This document shows, one piece after another, positions 35,854-42,810 of a DNA stretch of 42,810 nt (positions within the stretch are counted from its first letter, which is position 1; each line of letters starts with the position of its first letter). Below the pieces are notes generated by a model. It was given only the letters and a program-made list of their open reading frames with translations, was not told the DNA's origin and did no database searches. The DNA is from a virus (lineage: Duplodnaviria; Caudoviricetes), in the IMG/VR virus record IMGVR_UViG_3300048574_000161, positions 1 through 42,810 of that record; one strand, written 5' to 3'. The position numbers were made by a program, and so were the translations under genes.

Positions 35854-35998
35854 TGATGCGTGCTCCTATACGGGCTTGATTGGGCCGCCTGCCCGTGATA
35901 GGATGGGGACAGGCGGCCTGGGCTGGCGCTTGGGTTGCCGGGGGCGCAGCGTCATCCTTGACCGGGGGCGCTGCGCCCTTCCTCTTTTGTGGGTTCCG

Positions 35999-36106
35999 CT
36001 ACGGTGCGGGCTGCACCTCCTGGCGGGCCGTTTCCTCGTTGTGGCTGTGGCCGCCAGACTCGTTGCACAGGTCGCACACGATGTAATAGGTGGCTCTGGT
36101 TGTCAC
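35999..36106 (-). CDS. 35-aa CxxC peptide (possibly a truncated gene)
   Basis: Hand-translated MTTRATYYIVCDLCNESGGHSHNEETARQEVQPAP; starts at a junction repeat. Confidence 0.4.
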   Translation of the reverse strand: MTTRATYYIVCDLCNESGGHSHNEETARQEVQPAP

Positions 36107-36486
36107 GGCTGCACCTCCGGTTGCTGCGCCAGCCATGCGTCAATGGCGTCCGAATCAGCTGCAATTTGTGCATCTGTGCGGTAGCCAGTAAGCAGCACGC
36201 GGCAGAGAGCATCCCGCGGCACGGCGGCACGCGCGGCCTCCGCCGCCTGTCGTTCGCGTTCGGCGGCAATAGCGACGGCTTCCAGCGCGGCGTAGTTTTC
36301 GCGCCATTCCTCACACTCGGCGCGTAGTACGTCGCGTTCCGCCTCCGCGGCCTCGGCGCGCTGCGTGACGGCGGCAAGTTTGGCGCGCAGTTGGTCGATG
36401 CGCGCCTCAATCTGATCAACCGCATCCTCCAAATCAAGCGGGCCTTGCCAACCCGCGAGGATGCGAATTTTCTCTAGTGCGCTCAC
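36103..36486 (-). CDS. Coiled-coil hypothetical protein
   Basis: RAEAAEAERD coil; ends EVQP. Confidence 0.6.
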   Translation of the reverse strand: MSALEKIRILAGWQGPLDLEDAVDQIEARIDQLRAKLAAVTQRAEAAEAERDVLRAECEEWRENYAALEAVAIAAERERQAAEAARAAVPRDALCRVLLTGYRTDAQIAADSDAIDAWLAQQPEVQP

Positions 36487-36788
36487 GGCTGCACCTCATG
36501 AAGATGATAGGTCAGCACAGGGGTCGTATTTTTGTCATAGCGCAGTGTCACGGGACGCACGGCCAACACGCAGTCAAACAGCCTGCCCAGGTCAGTCTCC
36601 AGGCCGGTAGCTTGCCGCCGTGCTGCGTGCGCTTTCTGGTAGTGCTGTGCAGCCCCAACGGCGTTGACCCAACCGAACGTGCGGTTGACACCCAATCTCT
36701 GCTCATAGTCGTGAACGCTGTAGCTGTTCCAGTAAAACTCTCCTTTACTGGTGGTCAGCACAATGACGTAGCGTAATTCTTCTTTCAT
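36483..36788 (-). CDS. Hypothetical protein
   Basis: Start re-called at ATG 36788; ends EVQP. Confidence 0.5.
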   Translation of the reverse strand: MKEELRYVIVLTTSKGEFYWNSYSVHDYEQRLGVNRTFGWVNAVGAAQHYQKAHAARRQATGLETDLGRLFDCVLAVRPVTLRYDKNTTPVLTYHLHEVQP

Positions 36789-36819
36789 GGCTCTCTTGCT
36801 CCGATTCTGATAATCCTCC

Positions 36820-37509
36820 TTATCTGTACTGCAAAAACTTGATTGCCCACACCCAGGGATTGTTCTCCCAGGCGCAGCCCTCGCGCTTGCCATTAAGCTG
36901 ATCCCACAGGGTGGCGAACGACTGCCGGTTGCTCCAGGTCGCTGTACCCACTGGGATCGTCTCCATCCCCTCTGCAATGGCGTCTTCCTCGGTAATATCC
37001 TGGAGTCGCTGTACGCGTACGCCTGTAATCTCCAGCGTAATGCGGCTTGCCCATCGTGGCATATGCATAGCCGGCGTCCAGTGCGGCTCAAAGGTCACGA
37101 GCGGCCCGTCGGGAAAATCGGCCCGATAGACGCAGTAGCCCTCTATACCATCCTCCGGTCGGCAATGGATGCCGACCGGCTCACGCACCCACAGGCGGTC
37201 ACCAGGCCGCCCGTGCGGGCAGTATTTTGCCAGCACCTCGCTGACCTTATCCATGGACGCATTGATACCCCAATTGAGGCCATCACCGTCGCCATGGCCC
37301 TGTTTGGTCCACATCCAGCCGTCTGAAATATAAGGCGTGCCAGGAATGGACCAGGGCTGCGGCTTCATCACGCGCCGCGTCTGCGTTTTGTTGCCCGCGA
37401 GTATAGCGCGCACCATCGGCGCAGAGAACAGGATCGGGCGCGCACGCGGGTCTAAGGGCGCACGGTCGCCAAGGGTAGGAATGGCAGGGACTAGATAGCG
37501 TTCGCTCAC
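36820..37509 (-). CDS. ASCH/PUA-like phage protein
   Basis: ILFSAPMVRAILAGNKTQTRR, GDRLWVRE, MPRWASRITLEIT, LQDITEEDAIAEG, NPWVWAIKF. Confidence 0.8.
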   Translation of the reverse strand: MSERYLVPAIPTLGDRAPLDPRARPILFSAPMVRAILAGNKTQTRRVMKPQPWSIPGTPYISDGWMWTKQGHGDGDGLNWGINASMDKVSEVLAKYCPHGRPGDRLWVREPVGIHCRPEDGIEGYCVYRADFPDGPLVTFEPHWTPAMHMPRWASRITLEITGVRVQRLQDITEEDAIAEGMETIPVGTATWSNRQSFATLWDQLNGKREGCAWENNPWVWAIKFLQYR

Positions 37510-37796
37510 GGCTGCACCTCGTTTTGCCACAGGATTGCCGTCTCGCAGTGCAGGCAGTAGGACACGCGCACGCCGGTCTCAGGGTCGCATATCGACCGCG
37601 TGTTCGGTGCGCTGCAAAGCGGGCATTGACCTCGGTTTTGCCATCCCAGTTTCTTGGCGTGCGCCTCCGCTGCCTCGGCGCGCTCCGTCATGGCGGCGAG
37701 TCGTTGCTGCACATCTAGCATTGGGTCCATCTCTCCTGCGTCCTCATGCTCAGGATCGAAATAATCATTTTGCCAACCGAAGTAACCTTTGCTCAT
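37506..37796 (-). CDS. Zn-finger hypothetical protein
   Basis: CPLC...CLHC; ends EVQP. Confidence 0.55.
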   Translation of the reverse strand: MSKGYFGWQNDYFDPEHEDAGEMDPMLDVQQRLAAMTERAEAAEAHAKKLGWQNRGQCPLCSAPNTRSICDPETGVRVSYCLHCETAILWQNEVQP

Positions 37797-37832
37797 GTTC
37801 CTCTCCTCCTGTTGCAATAACGGTGATTAGCA

Positions 37833-38126
37833 CTACTGCCGCCCGCCTGGCTTGCCCAGCCCGGCCCGCCAGGCCCCGCCTAGCACGGGCAGGGTAGCCC
37901 GCTGGTGCGCGTTGAGCAGGGCGGCGTAGTCGCGACGCAGGGCAGCCAGTTCCCGCTCGCTGTCGCGGCGTTCTTTGTCGGCCCACGCCTGTTCCACTTC
38001 CACGGCGACGATCAACACCTCCATGCGCCCCTGGAGCACGAGCACACGCCAGGTGAGGCCGGCGACGGCTGGTAGCAGGGCGATGATGGCGGCGATCAGC
38101 AGGTCGGTCAGGGTTGGCGTGGTCAT
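37833..38126 (-). CDS. Single-TM coiled-coil protein
   Basis: ATGA overlap; N-terminal hydrophobic helix. Confidence 0.55.
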   Translation of the reverse strand: MTTPTLTDLLIAAIIALLPAVAGLTWRVLVLQGRMEVLIVAVEVEQAWADKERRDSERELAALRRDYAALLNAHQRATLPVLGGAWRAGLGKPGGRQ

Positions 38127-39343
38127 GCGGTTAGCTCCTGGCGCAGCCGAAGCACGTCGTCCATGATGTCGGATAGCTCCTTGCACCAATCCATGTCCCA
38201 GCCGTCCACATACCCATAGGCTACCTGCATCTGCCGGATCGCCGCGTCCAGGCCGGCGGCGGCGGCGGTCATCAGGTCTTTGGCCGGTCGCGGCGGCAGT
38301 TCCCTGACCGCTTCCACCTCCACCACCTGCGGCCCGCGCAGGTCGCGCTGCATGGTGTACGCCTCGGCAATGGCGTCTGCCGGCTTGTCGGAAATGCCCG
38401 TGGCGCGCGGGCCGCTACGGTTGTTGCAGTACCAGCGGCCTGAGCCGGGGACTTGGCGCAGCTCCCAGCCGCGGGCGGCGAGATCGGCGGGCAGGGTGTT
38501 GGGGGCTGGGGCGGGCGGCGCGGCCGCTGGCTTCAGGTCGATCACATGCGGCGGCGGTAGCTCGATAAACCGCACCGCGCTCGCGTACTGGCGTTGCTCC
38601 GGGCTGGCCGAGGGCGGGGGCTGGGTTTGGAGGACGCGCTGCTCAATCTGTGCGGCGACGTTGCTGATCGCCTGCTTCAGGTCGCGGCCACGAAACTCGA
38701 TTCCTTGTTCGTCCAGTGCAAACTCAACGTCCTTCACAAACAGGCTGCCAGCTTTGGCGGCGCGCAAGGTGAAAGCCAGGGACAGCGTTTCAGGGGTGTC
38801 CGGCCATCGCTCCTCGATCACCGCGCAGACGACGCGCTCAATTCGGGACACATCCGCAAAACTTGGCTGCGGCTTATGCGCCGCGATGACGGCCTTGACT
38901 CGCTCCACCTTGGGCGGCGCGCCGGCGGCCTGCGCCTCTGCGATCACCTGGTCACGCGCGGCTTCGGGCGTGCTGGGCGCGGCCAGGGCGTAGAGGGCGG
39001 TATCGGACAAAAGCGAAATAATTTCGCTTTTGCCATCGAAGGCGCGCGCCACATTCATCATGTTCTGGACGGTGCGCGACGACATCTGAAATTCAGTGTT
39101 GCACCAGTCCTCGAACTGCCCATGCTCCAGCACGTCCTTGACCGCGATCAGCTTTTGGCCGATGTCGATCAGCGATTGCTGCGCCTGCCGGCCCGCCTTG
39201 ATGATGTCCACGGCGGCGGCCTGAATGGCCTCGCGCTGGCCGGCGGGGATCAGGCTGTAGTCATATTTAAGTTGCGAGCGGATGGAAACCGTTCCGCCCA
39301 TGAGGTTGTCGAGTAGGTTGTCGGGTAATTGCTGTCTGGTCAT
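38123..39343 (-). CDS. DUF3102-domain protein
   Basis: IDIGQKLIAVKDVLEHGQFEDWCNTEFQMSSRTVQNMM; TALYALAAPSTPE; start re-called at 39343. Confidence 0.8.
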   Translation of the reverse strand: MTRQQLPDNLLDNLMGGTVSIRSQLKYDYSLIPAGQREAIQAAAVDIIKAGRQAQQSLIDIGQKLIAVKDVLEHGQFEDWCNTEFQMSSRTVQNMMNVARAFDGKSEIISLLSDTALYALAAPSTPEAARDQVIAEAQAAGAPPKVERVKAVIAAHKPQPSFADVSRIERVVCAVIEERWPDTPETLSLAFTLRAAKAGSLFVKDVEFALDEQGIEFRGRDLKQAISNVAAQIEQRVLQTQPPPSASPEQRQYASAVRFIELPPPHVIDLKPAAAPPAPAPNTLPADLAARGWELRQVPGSGRWYCNNRSGPRATGISDKPADAIAEAYTMQRDLRGPQVVEVEAVRELPPRPAKDLMTAAAAGLDAAIRQMQVAYGYVDGWDMDWCKELSDIMDDVLRLRQELTA

Positions 39344-39347
39344 GGCG

Positions 39348-40313
39348 TCACCCCAGGATGATGTCCGAATATTCGTCGGGAATGTACATGCGGCGGCGGC
39401 TCTCCGCTGCCTCTCTGCGCCCCCACTCCAGATCGGCCTCTGATGCGTGGCGCAGCCAGAGGTCATGTTCCAGATCGTCAGCCTCCAACTGCGCCGGAAA
39501 CTGTTCCGGCTTGGCGAGGCGCTGGGGAATGCAGCCGGGGCTGCGCACCTGGCCGGCGGCGCGGTCGCGCAGGTAGCGGAACACCTGGGCGGCGATCTCG
39601 CGGAACCCGTAGCGTTCGGCGGCGTCCCCGGCCAGCTTGGGGTACAGCCCGACCTCTGGATCGGTGAGCAGCCGCACAGAGCGGGCTTGCTCGGCTGGCG
39701 GGATGTGTTGCGGGCCGGCGGGTGCGGCTGGTTGGTCGTCCGGCCTCGTGCCGCGCCGTTTCTGCGCGCTGGCGCGCACTTCTGGCGCGGTTTCGGTTCC
39801 CCCTGCACCCCCTGAAGGATCAACAGCAGGATAGGAAGGATCGATCCTTCCTTCCTGTTGTTGATCCTGATCCTGATCCTTCCTAGGAGTCCGCGCAGTT
39901 TCGGCGCGCTGGCGCGCGATTTCGGCGCGATCCGCGCGATTTCGGCGCGGTGGCGCGCAGTTTTGGCGCGGCTCCGTAAGGTCTTCCGGTTCCGCCCGCG
40001 CAGTTTCGGCGCGTTCGCGCGCAGTTTCGGCGCGGGCCGGTTCGGCTTGCGGCGGCTCCAGAAAATAAACGTAAGCCCTCATGTTCGTGTGCAGCCCGAT
40101 CAGGCCGGCATCCGCCAACCTGTTCAGGCTGCGCCTTGCGGACGCCCAATTGGTCACGCCGCAAGCCTCGCAAGCCTGTTCGCGGGTGAGCATGACTGTC
40201 CACTGGTCAGAAACGCGATCCAGCAGCGCTCCGGCCAGCCAGGCGGATGCACGGGTGAGCGCGCCGGCCTGCTGCAACTCTACGATCCGATTACGCAGGC
40301 TTGCGGCGTCCAT
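39348..40313 (-). CDS. Replication initiator (lambda O-like organisation)
   Basis: N-terminal winged HTH (SARRSLNRLADAGLI), repeat-encoded linker (RAETAR), helical C-terminus. Confidence 0.7.
   Translation of the reverse strand: MDAASLRNRIVELQQAGALTRASAWLAGALLDRVSDQWTVMLTREQACEACGVTNWASARRSLNRLADAGLIGLHTNMRAYVYFLEPPQAEPARAETARERAETARAEPEDLTEPRQNCAPPRRNRADRAEIARQRAETARTPRKDQDQDQQQEGRIDPSYPAVDPSGGAGGTETAPEVRASAQKRRGTRPDDQPAAPAGPQHIPPAEQARSVRLLTDPEVGLYPKLAGDAAERYGFREIAAQVFRYLRDRAAGQVRSPGCIPQRLAKPEQFPAQLEADDLEHDLWLRHASEADLEWGRREAAESRRRMYIPDEYSDIILG
39893..40034. repeat. Six 16-bp iterons, putative replication origin
   Basis: GCGCAGTTTCGGCGCG variants at 39893, 39914, 39934, 39955, 39998, 40019. 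Confidence 0.75.
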
Positions 40314-40491
40314 GCGGCCCTGTCCTTTCTTCCAGCCAGTTCTCGAAATGCCGGATTGCGGCCTTGGTCAGCCGGCGGCGCTGTTGCGGCGTCATGTCGC
40401 GCCACGCGGCGCGGCGGGCGGCCAGGTCAGTGGCGCGCTGGTCGCGCAGACGGGTGCTGATGTTGTCGAGGTCGGCGAGGGGGGCGAGCAT
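40291..40491 (-). CDS. Hypothetical protein
   Basis: TGATG overlap with upstream gene. Confidence 0.5.
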   Translation of the reverse strand: MLAPLADLDNISTRLRDQRATDLAARRAAWRDMTPQQRRRLTKAAIRHFENWLEERTGPHGRRKPA

Positions 40492-40754
40492 CACCGGCCC
40501 CCGTTTCGCCCGGCGTGCTGGGCGCTCATGATCTGGATCAGGTCGGCGGCCAGCCCTTCGCTGTGGGCAAAGTCGCACAGCGATTCCAGCAGATCGCCCA
40601 CGCGGCGCAGTTCGACCGCGGCGGCGTAGGTGACCGCGGCGATCACGGTGGCCGCGTCGCGTTCGATCCCGCCGCCGGTGACGGTCTTGCCGCGGTGCAG
40701 CCGCAGCAGTAGCTCGCCCGCCTGTTCCAGCGGGTCAGGGGATTCATTGATCAT
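40491..40754 (-). CDS. Hypothetical protein
   Basis: AGGAAG RBS; start uncertain. Confidence 0.5.
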   Translation of the reverse strand: MINESPDPLEQAGELLLRLHRGKTVTGGGIERDAATVIAAVTYAAAVELRRVGDLLESLCDFAHSEGLAADLIQIMSAQHAGRNGGR

Positions 40755-40817
40755 CTGGGTGTCTTCCTGTGGTATCATGGTTGTGTCTGCGCTTTCCGGG
40801 GCTTGCGGCCCCAACCT

Positions 40818-40856
40818 GCCGGCGCTTGTGCCACTAACACAAGCGCCGGCCTTTTT
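40818..40856 (+). terminator. Hairpin plus T-tract
   Basis: GCCGGCGCTTGTG-ccactaa-CACAAGCGCCGGC-CTTTTT. Confidence 0.6.
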
Positions 40857-41137
40857 GTGTCACCGTCCGAAACGCTTTCGGGCGGCCCGGTGTGGGTCGG
40901 AGGGAGAGAGGTAAGCCGGTTATCGTGCTCCGTCGCCTCCGGCCCACACCGGGGTGCAAATAATTGGATCATTCTTTGCGAACTGCCAGCCGCCACCGCC
41001 AAAACCTTAACGCGGTTACATGCCCAGCGTGCCGCCAACACACGAAAAATTGTGATAGACTGGAGAGCAGGCGTCCCGTGGCGTCCCGCCCTCCAGTTCT
41101 ACCCGAAAACCCCAAACGGTAGATGGAGGCATTAGCA

Positions 41138-42052
41138 ATGAGTATTGACGAACTGCTGCGCATGTTCCTGGCTGCCCACGCGGCTGCAAACCATTCGCCG
41201 CGCACTATCGAGTGGTATCGAGCCGAGGTCATGCGCTTTTTTGCGTGGCTGCGGGCGAACAACCTGCACAATGGCAACTGGCTGCGCCCGCAGGTCATCG
41301 AGCTATACTTGGCGTCTGACCGGGCAGACGAAGCAGCGGGCAGGAAAGGCAATAGCCCGTTTACGATTGCCGGCCACTGGCGGGCGCTCAAGGGCTTTTT
41401 TGGCTGGCTGGTGGAACGGGAATATATCGACCGTTCCCCGATTGACAAGGTTCCCCAGCCCAAGACCCCCGACCACGAACCGCGCCGCGTAGCGTTGGAG
41501 GACTATCTGCTGTTGCTCGATAGCATCCCCCAGGGCGATTGGATTGACCTGCGCGACCGGCTGATCGTCACCACATTTTTTCTATGCGGGCTGCGCCGCG
41601 AAGAGTGCGCCGGGCTGGAAGCGAAACACTACCGGACTGGCGAGCACCTGCTGCGCGTGCGGGGCAAGGGTGACAAGGATCGGCTGGTTCCCCTGTTGCC
41701 CGCCGTCGAACGGGCGTTCGTGGTATATCTGTTTGCGCGTCCGGCGTGGCCTGATGCGCGGCTGCTGCTGGCGGCGAACGGGGCCGGCAAGCCGAACGGG
41801 GTGATCAGCGGCGGCGGCATCTACCAGATGTTGCGGCGGCGCTCGCAGGCTGCCGGGCTGGCTACGTTGAATCCGCACGCCTTCCGGCACGGGCTGGCTA
41901 TGTACCTGCTCAATGAGGGCGGGGATATGTCGCTGGTGCAAAAGGTCTTGGGGCACAGCCAGATCGCCACCACTGCCAAGCATTATGCGCAGTGGTTGAC
42001 GCAGGGAATGATGCGCGAATTTGCGGAGAAAATGAAGGGGCTGGGGCAATGA
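41138..42052 (+). CDS. int: Tyrosine integrase
   Basis: Catalytic set GLRREE, GKGDK, HAFRH, LGHS, TAKHY; GGAGG RBS. Confidence 0.95.
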   Translation: MSIDELLRMFLAAHAAANHSPRTIEWYRAEVMRFFAWLRANNLHNGNWLRPQVIELYLASDRADEAAGRKGNSPFTIAGHWRALKGFFGWLVEREYIDRSPIDKVPQPKTPDHEPRRVALEDYLLLLDSIPQGDWIDLRDRLIVTTFFLCGLRREECAGLEAKHYRTGEHLLRVRGKGDKDRLVPLLPAVERAFVVYLFARPAWPDARLLLAANGAGKPNGVISGGGIYQMLRRRSQAAGLATLNPHAFRHGLAMYLLNEGGDMSLVQKVLGHSQIATTAKHYAQWLTQGMMREFAEKMKGLGQ

Positions 42053-42101
42053 AGCTTGAGCGCCAGATTCATGATCTGGTGTTGGAGGGGTCGATCACTT
42101 T

Positions 42102-42156
<55 letters not shown>

Positions 42157-42255
42157 CCCCTTTACAATGGCTATTTGGTTGTAAAGGTGCGTTACGAAGG
42201 CGGCGGCTCCGGTCATCTGTCCAGGGTGGCGGGGCTGCCGTCTTTGATCTCCGCT

Positions 42256-42462
42256 CTACTTGGCGTAGAGCGTTGCTAGTTCCTCGTTAAATCGATACTC
42301 CCACTTTTTCGCAAAGCGCCGCAGTTCTTCAACGTCGATCCAGATTTCGCGTTTGACACCCTCGCGGCGGGCAGGGAGGGAACCGTCTTCAACCCGGCGG
42401 AAGATCGTCGGGTGCGAGGTGTTGAGGATTTCGGCGGCTTGCGGTGCGCTGACCTCTGCCAT
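42256..42462 (-). CDS. Excisionase-like HTH_17 protein
   Basis: VSAPQAAEILNTSHPTIFRRVEDGSLPA...IWIDVEEL; AGGGAG RBS. Confidence 0.8.
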   Translation of the reverse strand: MAEVSAPQAAEILNTSHPTIFRRVEDGSLPARREGVKREIWIDVEELRRFAKKWEYRFNEELATLYAK

Positions 42463-42503
42463 TGATTGCGCTCCCTTTTGTAATGCGTGAAATATGCGCA
42501 ATC

Positions 42504-42533
42504 ACAATACACCCAATCCCCTTACGCCGTCAA
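42504..42533 (-). promoter_or_regulatory. Promoter for the excisionase-like gene
   Basis: Minus strand TTGACG-18bp-TATTGT. Confidence 0.5.
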
Positions 42534-42616
42534 GCCCCCAAACCCTGACAATTGCAAAAGAAAAGCCCAGCCGCTGGGGCCGGGCTTGTAAGGCGTATTC
42601 GGTTGGGGCTGGGGGG

Positions 42617-42739
42617 TCAGCCGCCGCCGGCTGCCACCAGGAAAAAGCCGACCAAGCCGACCAAGCCGACGATCAGCATGAACCAGAACATGCCGCTATT
42701 GCCATTCTGATCGCCGCCGTTTTCATTCCAGTTTGCCAT
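42617..42739 (-). CDS. 40-aa single-TM peptide
   Basis: Hand-translated MANWNENGGDQNGNSGMFWFMLIVGLVGLVGFFLVAAGGG; AGGAGG RBS. Confidence 0.55.
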   Translation of the reverse strand: MANWNENGGDQNGNSGMFWFMLIVGLVGLVGFFLVAAGGG

Positions 42740-42810
42740 AGTGTGCGGCCTCCTGCGCCGCTGGGGTATGATGTGGCAGGGTCAAGCTCCTGCCTTGGCT
42801 CGGAAGCGGC

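Larger units (their letters stand above)
36103..37520 (-). repeat. Three exact 15-bp gene-junction repeats GAGGTGCAGCCGTGA
   Basis: Plus-strand TCACGGCTGCACCTC at 36103..36117, 36483..36497, 37506..37520. Confidence 0.85.

Overview
The window looks like a near-complete (~42.8 kb), high-GC temperate siphovirus genome, probably in its excised/circular form: the attP-like tRNA-His 3' fragment has phage genes on both sides, and a reading frame stays open across the joined window ends. Layout: early leftward genes (SSB-like, SWIM); a divergent switch with a probably leaderless HTH gene; a convergent ParB / SAM-methyltransferase-like / SPL-type radical SAM / ParB cassette; TerS, TerL, portal and MuF; an fMet-type tRNA in a structured non-coding island; head and siphophage tail genes (with -1 chaperone frameshift, tape measure, Dit, Tal); a long leftward accessory and replication arm with iterons; then tyrosine integrase, attP and excisionase. 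The most notable signals are a possible iron axis (two Fur-box-like palindromes behind a promoter, an Fe-S enzyme cassette, and a tail protein with 13 HxH motifs like an extended T4 gp37 iron needle), an atypical initiator tRNA, identical 15-bp gene-junction repeats, and no recognisable endolysin or canonical CI. All product calls come from motif reading only; no database search was run. The host is not determined (a Chloroflexota-like host is only a guess).
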